Notes: generated by a model not told the origin, from the sequence alone. Numbered from the stretch's first letter, positions 48,236 through 58,227 are shown. The stretch: DNA of 64,000 nt from Patescibacteria group bacterium (GCA_038062675.1 JBBTWP010000003.1:37934-101933); one strand, 5' to 3'. Program-made: numbers and translations.

Positions 48236-48287
48236 GAAGCCGTCACCCGCAGCATAAAACTCTACAACGAAAAGTTTGGGAAGTAAA
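48236..48287 (+). repeat. Direct repeat copy 2 (orphan remnant of ppa 3' end)
   Basis: 'gaagccgtcacccgcagcataaaactctacaacgaaaagtttgggaagtaa' would encode 'AVTRSIKLYNEKFGK*', against the ppa C-terminus 'AVTRSIKLYNEKFEK*'. Confidence 0.8.
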
Positions 48288-48504
48288 TATTTTTCAAAAT
48301 AGCAAAAAAATACTTAAAACAAAGGGTAAATGGCGCCAAGGATTCGATCCTTGGCGCCATTTATTATTACACCACACCAACCCCCTGTACTCCCAACCTC
48401 ATTGCGATATACTCAATTAAGAGCCTGTCTCGACAGGCTCTTAATTGCAAAAGGCATCATTATGTTTCTTTTGCTACATAACACATTCTAGAATAATAAA
48501 TCTT

Positions 48505-49260
48505 ATGAAAAAAATTATCATCTCAGGTATTGCAGTCGGTATTATGGCAACGTCGTCAGTTGTTTTTGCAACCACTACGGTTGCGACGTCGACTGCAACA
48601 ACCACACCACAAGCGAACACGTGGAAAGATACGCGTGACGAACAAAAAGATTTCCGCAAGGATCTCAAAAACGAAAAGAAGGAACTCCAAAAGGATTTCC
48701 GTAAGGAAGACAAGGAAATGAAGAGGGACGACCGCGAAGACAGAAAAGAACTTCGAGGAGTACTCAAAGAGGAGCGGAAGGAGGCCCGTGAGGGTAAGCG
48801 CTTCCGCACCGCAACAACTACAAGCACGTCTACTGCACAAAGACGAAATGACGCCAATGAGCGAATGGAGGAACGCCGCAAAAAGGCTGGCATTATGCGA
48901 GCAGAATACCTTGTGAAACGCCTCGAGCGCAATGTCGCAATGCTTGAAAACTATGCAGTGAGAATTGAAACGAGACTCGCCACACTCTTTGGGAAGGGTT
49001 TTGACGTCACCAAGGCGCGCACAAACCTTGCCCTTGCACGCACCAAGATTGCTGATGCAAAGAATAAAGTTGCTATCGTAAAGACAGGTGTCACAGCAGC
49101 CACAACAGCACCGAATGTTAACGAGGCACTCAAAGCACTTAAGCCGAAAATAAAAGCTGCTGAGAATGCGACAAAAGACGCACAGCACGCACTCAAAAGC
49201 GCAATGAATCTTCGCTTTGCAGGAATTGCAACTTCAACCGCAACCACGACAGCTCAATAG
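48505..49260 (+). CDS. Secreted Lys/Arg/Glu-rich coiled-coil protein, hypothetical
   Basis: Signal peptide 'MKKIIISGIAVGIMATSSVVFA'. Thr-rich linker then charged repeats 'KDFRKDLKNEKKELQKDFRKEDKEMKRDDREDRKELR'. Confidence 0.5.
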   Translation: MKKIIISGIAVGIMATSSVVFATTTVATSTATTTPQANTWKDTRDEQKDFRKDLKNEKKELQKDFRKEDKEMKRDDREDRKELRGVLKEERKEAREGKRFRTATTTSTSTAQRRNDANERMEERRKKAGIMRAEYLVKRLERNVAMLENYAVRIETRLATLFGKGFDVTKARTNLALARTKIADAKNKVAIVKTGVTAATTAPNVNEALKALKPKIKAAENATKDAQHALKSAMNLRFAGIATSTATTTAQ

Positions 49261-49379
49261 TCAAAAGAAAAAGCTAAAAATATGCAACAAAAAGACGCGC
49301 GGGCGAAGCCCGCGCGTCTTTTTGTCCTACCTTTGCCCCGCCTTGCAAAACACTCTCCAAAACGCTACACTGTGAAACT

Positions 49380-50396
49380 ATGAATGACATCAAAACATCG
49401 TTAAAAAATATCTCAGAAAACGAGATTGAAATTACCTGCGAAATCGCAACTGAAACATTCGAAAAACATCGCGCAAAGGCACTTGAGCGCGTCGCGGAAG
49501 AAGTTTCTCTCCCCGGTTTTCGCAAGGGGCACGTTCCCGAAAATATCCTCATCCAAAAATTCGGCGAGGCCCTTATCCTCGAAGAAATGGCAAATCTCGC
49601 CATTGATAGCGCATACTCGGGCATCATCAAGGAACACAGCATCCGCGCAATCACCACACCTACAGTAACCATCAAGAAGCTCGCCAAGGGAAATCCTTTT
49701 GAATTTACTCTTCTCTACTCGGTCATGCCGGAAATCAAACTCCCTGATTATAAAAAGATTGCGAAGGACGTCATGAAACAAGAAGACATGCTCGAAGTGT
49801 CCGAAGACGACATTACAAAAGCAGTCGACCGCGTACGATCACAGTTCGCAACCAAGGACGCGGATGGCAAAGAAGTGCTCCCTGACCTCACGCTCGAGTT
49901 TGTGGTGAAATTTGGCGCATTCAAAACAGTCGCTGAATTCACCGACAAGGTTCGCGAATCATTGGTGCAAGAAAAGAAGGATCGCGCGCGTGAAAAAAAG
50001 CGAAAAGAAATCGTGGACAACATCGCAAATGAAATCAGCGTAAAACTTCCCCGCATGCTCATCGACGGCGAACTCGAGCACATGAGCAGAGTATTCAAAC
50101 AAGACGTTGAGCGTATGGGCATGAAATTTGAAGACTATCTCACCGCTAGCAAGAAAACTCTCGAGGATATGAAGAAAGAATGGGAAACCGATGCTGAAAA
50201 AAGTGTGAAAATTCAAATCGCATTGAATGAGATTGCAACGGAGGAAAAACTTAAAGTTGAACCCGAAGCCATTGAGCGTGAAACTGCATACCTCCTTGAA
50301 AATGCTAAAGGTGCTGATCCTGCACGTGCGCGTCTCCATGTGGAAAACCTCCTCATGAACGACGCAACCTTCAAATTCTTGGAGGAACAAAAATAG
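49380..50396 (+). CDS. tig: Trigger factor lacking the PPIase domain
   Basis: 'GFRKGHVP' is the TF ribosome-binding signature. The N domain then runs directly into C-domain-like sequence ('LTLEFVVKFGAFKTVAEFTDKVRESL'). 338 aa versus ~430 aa typical. Confidence 0.7.
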   Translation: MNDIKTSLKNISENEIEITCEIATETFEKHRAKALERVAEEVSLPGFRKGHVPENILIQKFGEALILEEMANLAIDSAYSGIIKEHSIRAITTPTVTIKKLAKGNPFEFTLLYSVMPEIKLPDYKKIAKDVMKQEDMLEVSEDDITKAVDRVRSQFATKDADGKEVLPDLTLEFVVKFGAFKTVAEFTDKVRESLVQEKKDRAREKKRKEIVDNIANEISVKLPRMLIDGELEHMSRVFKQDVERMGMKFEDYLTASKKTLEDMKKEWETDAEKSVKIQIALNEIATEEKLKVEPEAIERETAYLLENAKGADPARARLHVENLLMNDATFKFLEEQK

Positions 50397-50529
50397 TATA
50401 GGCGTTGCTGTAATTCAGGCTTGAAAAACTCAGGAACTATTGTTGACATTGCACCCTCTTTCCCCCATACTTCCCTACTAGAAGTATTCTTATCGTTGAC
50501 ATACCAACACAACAAGCATCGGAGGTTTT

Positions 50530-50988
50530 ATGTCCGAAGAATCAGGCACATTATCAACAACTCCCGCCCCCGGAACAAGCACAATGATCGTCGGGATGTT
50601 CTTCATCCTGATATTTGACTTCCAACTCCTTGCGCTGATCACCTCGCTCAACATGAGTAGAGAAGAAGCACTCTCAAGCACTTTTATGTGTGTTGTTCTC
50701 TGGGCAAACACTGCTTGTTGCGCAGTCCTTGCCCTCGAGGGAATTTGGGACTCGCTTACCAACACAGGAATCAAAGCGGACAACAAAGACATCGTCACAT
50801 TCTCTCTAAACAAAAAGGAAGATGACGCCGACTCCAACATTGGCGAGATTTTCGTATTCGTCTTTCTTGCCATGTTTTCAATCCTTGGATTAAATAGTGT
50901 CGCCATAATGTCTTTCTCCCTTTTGATCAGCACCGTGCTATGGGCAGTTGCATGCTTCATTCCCTTCATTCCCACCGAAAAAGAGTAG
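50530..50988 (+). CDS. Small polytopic membrane protein, hypothetical
   Basis: 152 aa, ~4 TM helices. 'GGAGG' SD 5 nt before the ATG. Possible promoter 'TTGACA'-17-'CATACT' at 50444..50472. Confidence 0.5.
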   Translation: MSEESGTLSTTPAPGTSTMIVGMFFILIFDFQLLALITSLNMSREEALSSTFMCVVLWANTACCAVLALEGIWDSLTNTGIKADNKDIVTFSLNKKEDDADSNIGEIFVFVFLAMFSILGLNSVAIMSFSLLISTVLWAVACFIPFIPTEKE

Positions 50989-51128
50989 CATCGCAACATA
51001 CATGGCGCTATCAACCTGATAGCGCCATTTCTTTTGCAAGCAATTGATAAACAACGAGCAATTTGCTATGCTCACAAAAGACGCTGGCTCCCCAACCAAC
51101 AAGCTCACGCTGAAACTGGAGACATATT

Positions 51129-51584
51129 ATGAATGCACCGACCGTCAAAGAGTTGGTATATGTTGCAACATCCCTAAATTTCGCCTCTCGTGCCCTGCTC
51201 ATCATCATGACAGGAACCGGAGCAGTACTGATCCTTTCGCTCATCTCTGAAATGCTGGCGGGGGTAGGCCGCGCGATGATTGTCGCAACCTTTGTGTCTG
51301 CTCCATTCTTTTGGGCATTTCTCACCATCGACAGTTGGAGAGAAGCAACAAAACAGGGCGCCTCGGGTCATACATGGCGACTCTTTTTGTTTCTTGCCAC
51401 ACTCACACTCCTCTCAGCAATCAGTTTGATGCCAGCAAAAAGCACATCGTACACCTACTACATCCCCTTGGGATTTACATTCTTTTTAAGTGTAATAGCT
51501 CCCGTGATACTGTTCTTTGTGCTTGGTGTCGCCTTGTTTAAAGTAGGGGCTCTCAAAAAGTATTTTGGCTTGACGGATGACTGA
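51129..51584 (+). CDS. Small polytopic membrane protein, hypothetical
   Basis: 151 aa, ~4 TM helices. Confidence 0.45.
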   Translation: MNAPTVKELVYVATSLNFASRALLIIMTGTGAVLILSLISEMLAGVGRAMIVATFVSAPFFWAFLTIDSWREATKQGASGHTWRLFLFLATLTLLSAISLMPAKSTSYTYYIPLGFTFFLSVIAPVILFFVLGVALFKVGALKKYFGLTDD

Positions 51585-51756
51585 CCAATCTGTGTAGCGG
51601 AACCAACGCGCGCCTTCCCTCTTGCTCCCAGAAGAGGGAAGGCGCGCGTTTTCTTTTATACTTTATACACATTGTGAAACAACGAAAAACCTGTTAGTCT
51701 AAGCACGGGACGAAGCGTAGTACATTTTAAAAAATCCACAAAAGGAGGAGGTTGGA

Positions 51757-52152
51757 ATGGGTATAGATAATAAAATCTATGGAATTTTCTGGAGAAGCAT
51801 CGTCAGCATCGGGCATACCTTGGTTATTATCCTGTATTTACTACTAATGATACTGGAGGTACGTCTTCCCTTCGCAAACTATTCACCAACGACCGTCGAC
51901 CTACTCATGGGGATTGGCGCACTTCTGTGGGTAATTTTTGTGTTTGACCCACTCGTCACGCAAACAAAACACTGGGCAGCACCAATATATCTATCGGTGA
52001 TAATCTTGACGCTCATTTCAGTTGTGGCAGTATTCCTCGACGACACTAACCCACTAACCCAGTTGGCACGTTGGCTAAACGCAGGAATATCGGTCGTTCT
52101 TTTCTTCATCTGTTCGTACCGAATCCACAAAAGTCAAATGGAGTATCTATAA
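51757..52152 (+). CDS. Small polytopic membrane protein, hypothetical
   Basis: 131 aa, ~4 TM helices. Preceded by 'aaaaggaggagg' SD. Confidence 0.5.
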   Translation: MGIDNKIYGIFWRSIVSIGHTLVIILYLLLMILEVRLPFANYSPTTVDLLMGIGALLWVIFVFDPLVTQTKHWAAPIYLSVIILTLISVVAVFLDDTNPLTQLARWLNAGISVVLFFICSYRIHKSQMEYL

Positions 52153-52160
52153 AACTCAAA

Positions 52161-52190
52161 CCGGCACCCCTTACAAGGTGCCGGTTTTTT
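52161..52190 (+). terminator. Rho-independent terminator
   Basis: 'ccggcacc ccttacaa ggtgccgg tttttt'. Confidence 0.7.
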
Positions 52191-52302
52191 AATGTCACAA
52201 GACTACTCTTCAAAAAATCCTCGCAATAATGACGCTTTCTTCCCTGCACAATTTTTACATCCGCGTTGTGGAGCGAGCTTGCCTTGCGTGAACAGATCAA
52301 CA

Positions 52303-53550
52303 TTAAAACGACGCCGAACCTGGCATTGCCTCTATTTCTACTACTACTACCGGCTTCTCCATAACTTCGCCTGACAAGGCGTAGATGTAATACGTTTGTG
52401 CCGTCTTGCGCATCCCCGGAATGCGCAAAAGATCTAAAGCGAAATGACCTCGCACTGCGCCGTCACTGCCTACTGCGCTGTAGCTCGGCGCGTACACCGT
52501 AAAGCGAGTGACAAATCCGTCGATGCTTCCAAGTATTACCAGCGTAATTGGGATCACTGAGCTTGGTGCAGCCTCAAGTTGTTTTAACTTCTCGTCACGA
52601 TTCGTTTGCAGCCAAGCTTGTACATTTTTGTCGTCACGACTCTGCGCCTCGATGCGCGCGCGCCAGGCATCCGGCGTTAACTGCTCGGATACGAGTGGTT
52701 TCAAACAAAACGCGCCGTAAAGCGGAATAGCCGTATCGTTGCGTAGTGTGTTTGTGAGTGCGACGGTGAGCGCAATGCCAAGCGCGCTCGGCGATGATGG
52801 AGATTCCTTCAACGCCCGGTAATTCGGCAGCGGATCACCCGGCAATGGACTCATGAGTTGCGACATTGCTCCCGCATTTGCCGCACGTCCAGATTGGTCC
52901 GCACCCGTTCCTTTCGGAAAAGTGATTTCCGTGTTGAGCGGACCAAATATCTGGTCCTGCAGCGCAACGTAAAATGAATAGCGACCGGCCCGCCAGGGAA
53001 AGCCCAATCGAGTGCGAGCGTCGAAGACCTCGTACTTGGCATAACTCCCCTCGGGAGTCTCCAGCGGTTCACCCGGCAATGATACCGGTGCTCTCGCGAC
53101 ATAGTTGTCCTCTTGTTCGATCGCTTTATTCGCATAGGCAATATTTCGTTCGTGATCGATACCGATCACCGTCGCATGTTTTGCGAAATTCGCTTTGCCG
53201 CCCTGGTCGAAGGTTCTGTGTTCAACCGCAAGTATCGGCAAACGGTCACGCAAAACACCGTCAACTTTTTTTGGTGCGTCGATGAAAATTCCGAGTATAT
53301 TTTTGTCCGACAATACATCTCCTATTGCTTCGGCTTCATCCGAGAAATCTCGATAGTATTGATCGTCGGAGATGTTGATAATTTTGCTCGTCATGGGTGT
53401 ATTGCCTCCTGCATCGGCAAATTCGTTTTTATCTGCTCTGTTCTCACACACACTCCACGCTGCGCCCAAAACAAGAATGCTCGTAAGCACAATTCCGCGC
53501 CACAGACGCAATCGCACTGGTTTTTGTTGCAAGCTCAGCTGAATTCGCAT
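52303..53550 (-). CDS. Secreted hypothetical protein (GC-richer than surroundings)
   Basis: 415 aa with an N-terminal signal/TM 'LRLWRGIVLTSILVLGAAWSV'. No motif I recognise. Sequence is visibly more GC-rich than neighbours. Confidence 0.45.
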   Translation of the reverse strand: MRIQLSLQQKPVRLRLWRGIVLTSILVLGAAWSVCENRADKNEFADAGGNTPMTSKIINISDDQYYRDFSDEAEAIGDVLSDKNILGIFIDAPKKVDGVLRDRLPILAVEHRTFDQGGKANFAKHATVIGIDHERNIAYANKAIEQEDNYVARAPVSLPGEPLETPEGSYAKYEVFDARTRLGFPWRAGRYSFYVALQDQIFGPLNTEITFPKGTGADQSGRAANAGAMSQLMSPLPGDPLPNYRALKESPSSPSALGIALTVALTNTLRNDTAIPLYGAFCLKPLVSEQLTPDAWRARIEAQSRDDKNVQAWLQTNRDEKLKQLEAAPSSVIPITLVILGSIDGFVTRFTVYAPSYSAVGSDGAVRGHFALDLLRIPGMRKTAQTYYIYALSGEVMEKPVVVVEIEAMPGSASF

Positions 53551-53861
53551 TGTGATGGTTCTTACGCATCTTTAGCATCACAACCATCCACCCGGGCACT
53601 CCGTTGACATAGTACGCCCCTGACAGCATATGATAAGTAGTGATTGGTTAAATAATACTCTTTAGTATTATAACAGAGGGAGTAAGTGATTACCATGGAA
53701 GAATGTTGATAAGTGGAGCGCAGAGGGTCATCCTCGGCGCTCTGGGTAAAATTCATTCCAAAAAATTCTTCTAAACTAAGAAAGCTCTGTATGGAAAACA
53801 TATGTTTGCAAACCCTCAAAAATCTGCTACGATACGAACATCACGTAACCAATACAATTTT

Positions 53862-54458
53862 ATGTCATATCTTATACCAACCGTTATTGAGAAATCCCAG
53901 TCAGGTGAGCGCGCCTACGATATTTACTCGCGCCTTTTGAAGGAGCGCATTATTTTCCTATCAGGAACCATCGACGACGATACAGCAAACATCACCATCG
54001 CACAGCTCCTCTTCCTTGAATCCGAAGACCCAAAGAAAGATATTTATTTGTATATCAACTCCCCGGGTGGATCTGTATCCGCTGGAATGGCACTCTACGA
54101 CACCATGCAACACGTGAAGCCCGATGTCTCAACCATCTGTGTGGGTATGGCAGCGTCAATGGGTGCAGTACTCCTCTCTGCGGGTGCAAAAGGTAAACGC
54201 TTCATTCTCCCCAACGCCGAGGTGATGATTCACCAACCACTCGGTGGAACCGAAGGACAAGCATCCGACATTGCCATCACCGCAAAGCATATTTTGAAAA
54301 TAAAAGAGAACCTCAACAAGATTCTCGCAAAGAACACCGGCAAACCTTTGGCGCAAATAGAAAAAGACACTGACCGCGACTTCTTTATGTCCGCCGACGA
54401 GGCAAAAAAATACGGCATCATCGACGAAATCTACAAACCAAAGAATCCGAGAAGTTAG
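53862..54458 (+). CDS. clpP: ATP-dependent Clp protease proteolytic subunit
   Basis: '[18 protein letters not shown]', '[19 protein letters not shown]' and '[11 protein letters not shown]' (Ser) / 'MIHQP' (His) are catalytic motifs. Start at 'MSYLIPTV'. Confidence 0.9.
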   Translation: MSYLIPTVIEKSQSGERAYDIYSRLLKERIIFLSGTIDDDTANITIAQLLFLESEDPKKDIYLYINSPGGSVSAGMALYDTMQHVKPDVSTICVGMAASMGAVLLSAGAKGKRFILPNAEVMIHQPLGGTEGQASDIAITAKHILKIKENLNKILAKNTGKPLAQIEKDTDRDFFMSADEAKKYGIIDEIYKPKNPRS

Positions 54459-54654
54459 CCAAACCCTACTTAAAACAAAGCCTCCGCAAAAATCCGCCCG
54501 CAAGGCGGATTTTGGCTAGAGCTCGACAGAACCCAAAATCAAAGGTAGTATGAGAGTGGTTCACATTACATTATATTTGACACATTATTATAGAGGCTAG
54601 TCACCCTTTTGATTCGGAGAAAATGCTTGATTTTCAAGAATTACTGGGTTTTAT

Positions 54655-56187
54655 ATGGACATAAATATTGCACTTACGCTTGGAGGCGTGATGGCGATTC
54701 TGGTTGGCGCAACTCTTGGCTACTTGTTACGTTGGTTCATTTCTGTGAGCCAGCGCGGGTCAGTCGAGATTGAAATAAAGCAAATGCTGCTCTCTGCGAA
54801 AGAGGAAGCACAAAAAATTATTGAAAATGCCGACAAGAAAGCCGCAACGCGAGAAAAAGAACTTAAAGAAGAGGAAAAAGAAAGCGAGGAACGATTCAAG
54901 AAAACAGAAAACCGCCTTATAAAAAAGGAAGAGTTGTTGGACAATCGACAGCTCGACATCGACCACGAGAGCGAGCGATTGAAAGAAAAAGAAGAGGAAG
55001 TAAAAACCATTCGAGAGCAGACTCTCAAAGAGAAAAATTCTGCAATAGAGGAACTGGAGCGAATCGCACGTCTCAATGAATCAGCTGCGAAAGAAGAGTT
55101 GCTTAAACATGTTGAAAAAAATCATGCTGAGGATTTTTTGGTGCGCATGAGAAAACTTGAACTTGAAGGAGTAGCGCGTCTCGACCGCACCGCGCGCGAC
55201 ATCCTCGCAACGTCAATTCAACGCCTTGCCACATCAACCGCATCTGAAATGATGGCCACAACGGTTCCTATCCCCTCAGATGAAGTTAAGGGGAAAATTA
55301 TCGGCAAAGAAGGGAGAAATATCCGAGCATTTGAACGCGCGGCAGGAGTCGAAGTAGTTATCGACGACACACCGGGATCAATTCTGATATCTTCATTCGA
55401 CCCGATTCGCCGACAAATCGCCCGTGTAGCACTTGAAGCCCTCATCACCGACGGACGTATCCAACCGCTCAAAATAGAAGAGGCTGTCGCAAAGGCAACG
55501 GAGGATATTGGGAAAATTACCAAGGAAAAAGGCGAGCAAGCGGCATATGAATGTGGCGTGTTCAACCTCGACCCGCGCATCATCGCCATTCTCGGCAGAC
55601 TCCATTTTCGTACGAGCTACGGTCAAAATGTTCTCCAGCATTCTATCGAAATGGCACACATTTCCGGAATCATCGCCGAGGAACTTGGCGCAAATGTTGC
55701 GGTTGCAAAAGCGGGAGCACTTCTCCACGACCTCGGCAAAGCGGTTGACCACGAAGTCGAGGGAACGCATGTGGAAATCGGTCGCCGAATCCTCCAAAAG
55801 TTTGGTGTGGACACCCAGATCATCCAAGCGATGCAATCGCACCACGAAGAATATCCGTACGAAACACTCGAATCGATTATTGTACAGACAGCGGACTCGA
55901 TTTCTGGCGGTCGCCCCGGCGCACGTCGCGATTCAGTCGAGAGCTATGTAAAACGCTTAAAAGATCTTGAGGGGATTGCTAAATCTTTCTCCGCAGTCGA
56001 GAAAACCTATGCAATTCAGGCAGGGCGAGAGCTTCGTGTGTTTGTAAAACCTCAGGAAATTACGGATATAGAGGCACAACATCTTGCACGTGAAATCGCC
56101 GTCCGAATCGAGAAAGAGCTAAAATACCCAGGAGAAATAAGGGTTGCGGTCATTCGTGAGTCTCGCGCTATTGAATACGCACGTTAA
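54655..56187 (+). CDS. rny: Ribonuclease Y
   Basis: N-terminal TM, coiled coil, KH domain 'KGKIIGKEGRNIRAFE', HD domain 'LLHDLGKAVDHE...H'. Confidence 0.85.
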   Translation: MDINIALTLGGVMAILVGATLGYLLRWFISVSQRGSVEIEIKQMLLSAKEEAQKIIENADKKAATREKELKEEEKESEERFKKTENRLIKKEELLDNRQLDIDHESERLKEKEEEVKTIREQTLKEKNSAIEELERIARLNESAAKEELLKHVEKNHAEDFLVRMRKLELEGVARLDRTARDILATSIQRLATSTASEMMATTVPIPSDEVKGKIIGKEGRNIRAFERAAGVEVVIDDTPGSILISSFDPIRRQIARVALEALITDGRIQPLKIEEAVAKATEDIGKITKEKGEQAAYECGVFNLDPRIIAILGRLHFRTSYGQNVLQHSIEMAHISGIIAEELGANVAVAKAGALLHDLGKAVDHEVEGTHVEIGRRILQKFGVDTQIIQAMQSHHEEYPYETLESIIVQTADSISGGRPGARRDSVESYVKRLKDLEGIAKSFSAVEKTYAIQAGRELRVFVKPQEITDIEAQHLAREIAVRIEKELKYPGEIRVAVIRESRAIEYAR

Positions 56188-56423
56188 AAATCGTTCTTTT
56201 GTAGCATGCCGGAGAAAATACAAAAAATAGGGTTGTAATTATGCAACATGTTAAATTCTTTTGCAAATTACTTAAATACCCTTATTGCTATTGCGTAAAA
56301 AATACCATGGGGTATAATACTCAACAAGGGGGTCTGGGCGATTAAAGACTTCGCAGGAAGGCCGCAAGGTCACAACAAGAGGTAATCTTGTTTTCGTATT
56401 AAAAGGTTAATTAGATAATTATT

Positions 56424-56696
56424 ATGAATAAATCAGCTATCGTTGAAGTTCTCCACGAGAAAGTAGGTGGCACCAAAGTAGGAGCAGAGCAAGCATTTGA
56501 CGCAATCCTCGAAGCAATGGTAAACACATTGAAGAAAGGTGAAGAAGTTTCAATCGCAGGACTCGGCATCTTTTCTGTAAAACCTCGCGCAGCTCGCACA
56601 GCTCGCAACCCAAAGACTGGCGAAGCAATTCAGGTTCCTGCTACCAAGGTTCCTAAATTCCGCGCAGCGAAGGCACTCAAAGACGCAGTAAAATAA
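56424..56696 (+). CDS. hup: HU-family DNA-binding protein
   Basis: 90 aa; '...AGLGIFSVKPRAARTARNPKTGEAIQVPATKVPKFRAAKALKDAV' is the HU/IHF arm. Confidence 0.9.
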   Translation: MNKSAIVEVLHEKVGGTKVGAEQAFDAILEAMVNTLKKGEEVSIAGLGIFSVKPRAARTARNPKTGEAIQVPATKVPKFRAAKALKDAVK

Positions 56697-56707
56697 TTCG
56701 CGCAAGT

Positions 56708-56765
56708 GTAACACCAGCAAAAGAAAATCGCCCCGTAGGGGGCGATTTTCTTTTGCTGGTGTTAC
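56708..56765. terminator. 58-bp perfect palindrome shared by converging hup and PAS genes
   Basis: 'gtaacaccagcaaaagaaaatcgcccc gtag ggggcgattttcttttgctggtgttac'. Confidence 0.65.
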
Positions 56766-57310
56766 GCCTTATGTCCAGATTTACATTCCGCAAGCTCAAC
56801 CTCCATCTTTTTCATTTTCTCTTTGATCTCCACCATCTTCAACTCTCGGTCAACCATAAGCCTGTTCAATTTTTCTGTTTCTTCGATGCGATTATTTATT
56901 TCTTTTTCAGCCAACTTCTTTTCCGTTATCAGCAACCGAACCGCGACATATTTTTCTATTTTCCCATCAGCATCAAAAATCGGAGAGATTGTTGCATCCA
57001 CCCAATACGGTGTTCCATCTTTAGCTCTATTCTTCACATCCCCTCTCCACATCCTTCCTTCCGAGATTGTTTTCCACATATCGGCATACAGCTCACGAAA
57101 TTCATCTCCCCATTTTAAGATACGGTGATTTTGCCCCAAAAGTTCATAAAAAGAATATTGAGAGACCTCAACAAATTTTTTATTAACATAAATAATATCC
57201 CCCTTAGCGTCTGTTATAGCGACAAGTGCACTTTGATCAAGTGCGGCTAAAAGCGCGTTGAGGTCATTCTCCGTAAGTTTATAGAGTGTTTGTTGGTTTG
57301 TATCATTCAT
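56762..57310 (-). CDS. PAS-domain protein with C-terminal coiled coil
   Basis: 'LVAITDAKGDIIYVNKKFVEVSQYSFYELLGQNHRILKWG...DGTPYWVDATISPIFDADGKIEKYVAV' is the PAS fold. The start at 'MNDTNQQ' overlaps the upstream gene by 8 nt. Confidence 0.65.
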   Translation of the reverse strand: MNDTNQQTLYKLTENDLNALLAALDQSALVAITDAKGDIIYVNKKFVEVSQYSFYELLGQNHRILKWGDEFRELYADMWKTISEGRMWRGDVKNRAKDGTPYWVDATISPIFDADGKIEKYVAVRLLITEKKLAEKEINNRIEETEKLNRLMVDRELKMVEIKEKMKKMEVELAECKSGHKA

Positions 57311-57995
57311 AGCCAGTAAATTCTTCTGCGCGCACCTGTGCATCCAGTATACCAAGATTATGCAATTCTTGCATTACGCGAGAAACCATCCCCGGCGGTC
57401 CTGCAACATAATAAAGTGCTTCCTTTGAGTTTTCTCCATCAACTATCAAGTGCTTTTGCTCCACTGAACCCAAAATATAACGCACTGAAATAAGATTATT
57501 TTGTCGCGAAAGTTCATCGAGCGCTCCACGATATGCCGTACTTTCTAAGGTGCTGTTAAAGTATACAAACGTAATGTGATAAGGGGTCTGGTTTTCCACA
57601 GCAAAACGCATCATGCTTAAAAATGGAGCAACGCCAACACCACCGGCAATAAGCACCAAAGAAGCTGGGATGGGCTCAGGAAGAGTAAATACACCCTTTG
57701 GCCCCTCTATGGTGACCATAGCGCCCACAGGGAGACTTATCAATGCTGTCTTAAAAATACTTTTTGAAACACGAAAAACAATCGCAATACTATCTTTGTA
57801 GCTTGGTGAAGATGCGATTGAGAAATCATGAAATTTATCCATAATACGCTCCCCTTCAAGCCCTGGGAGTGTAATGCTCACATATTGTCCAGCGGTGAAG
57901 GAAAAATTGCTTTCAGGAATACCAAAGACGACCTCAAGAGTATTTTCTGCAACGATTATTTTGGCCAAGATTGGCGCATGAATAGTGTGTCTCAT
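57303..57995 (-). CDS. FAD/NAD(P)-binding oxidoreductase (ferredoxin-NADP reductase-like)
   Basis: FAD-binding beta-barrel 'FTAGQYVSITLP...FSIASSP' and NAD-binding 'LVLIAGGVGVAPFLSMM' (GGxGxxP). Confidence 0.65.
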   Translation of the reverse strand: MRHTIHAPILAKIIVAENTLEVVFGIPESNFSFTAGQYVSITLPGLEGERIMDKFHDFSIASSPSYKDSIAIVFRVSKSIFKTALISLPVGAMVTIEGPKGVFTLPEPIPASLVLIAGGVGVAPFLSMMRFAVENQTPYHITFVYFNSTLESTAYRGALDELSRQNNLISVRYILGSVEQKHLIVDGENSKEALYYVAGPPGMVSRVMQELHNLGILDAQVRAEEFTGYE

Positions 57996-58041
57996 CTCGC
58001 AATCTTAACACCTTGCAGGCTGTCGCGCAAAAGAAAAGAAA

Positions 58042-58085
58042 GGCGCCTTGCTCATCCCGCATTCGCTCGCTTTGTGCGGGATGGG
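58042..58085. repeat. Partial duplicate of the region spanning the tRNA-Gly 3' end
   Basis: 'ggcgccttgctcatcccgca' and 'tgtgcgggatgggag' recur at 58219..58238 and 58271..58285. The second block is the tRNA-Gly 3' acceptor/T-stem. Confidence 0.7.
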
Positions 58086-58227
58086 AGTTCGGTCACGAGT
58101 TACTAGGTGTGCTCGGGCGGTTACACCCTGCGCGCGCCAAGTACTCTCGACCCCGCCTCATAGTTTTTGAGTACAAAAACATATTCCGGCTTTCGATTCC
58201 CCACGCAAGGCGCGCAGGCGCCTTGCT

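Noticed and set aside
48474-49188. Minus-strand ORFs (152 aa, 210 aa) opposite the KR-rich secreted protein gene
   Set aside because: They are antisense frames of a highly charged repetitive gene and are Cys/Arg-rich artefacts.
58067-58160. Possible second tRNA or structured RNA just upstream of the duplicated tRNA-Gly 3' fragment
   Set aside because: No cloverleaf could be built on either strand. Only the 13-nt tRNA 3'-end fragment is shared, so it is treated as a partial duplication rather than a gene.
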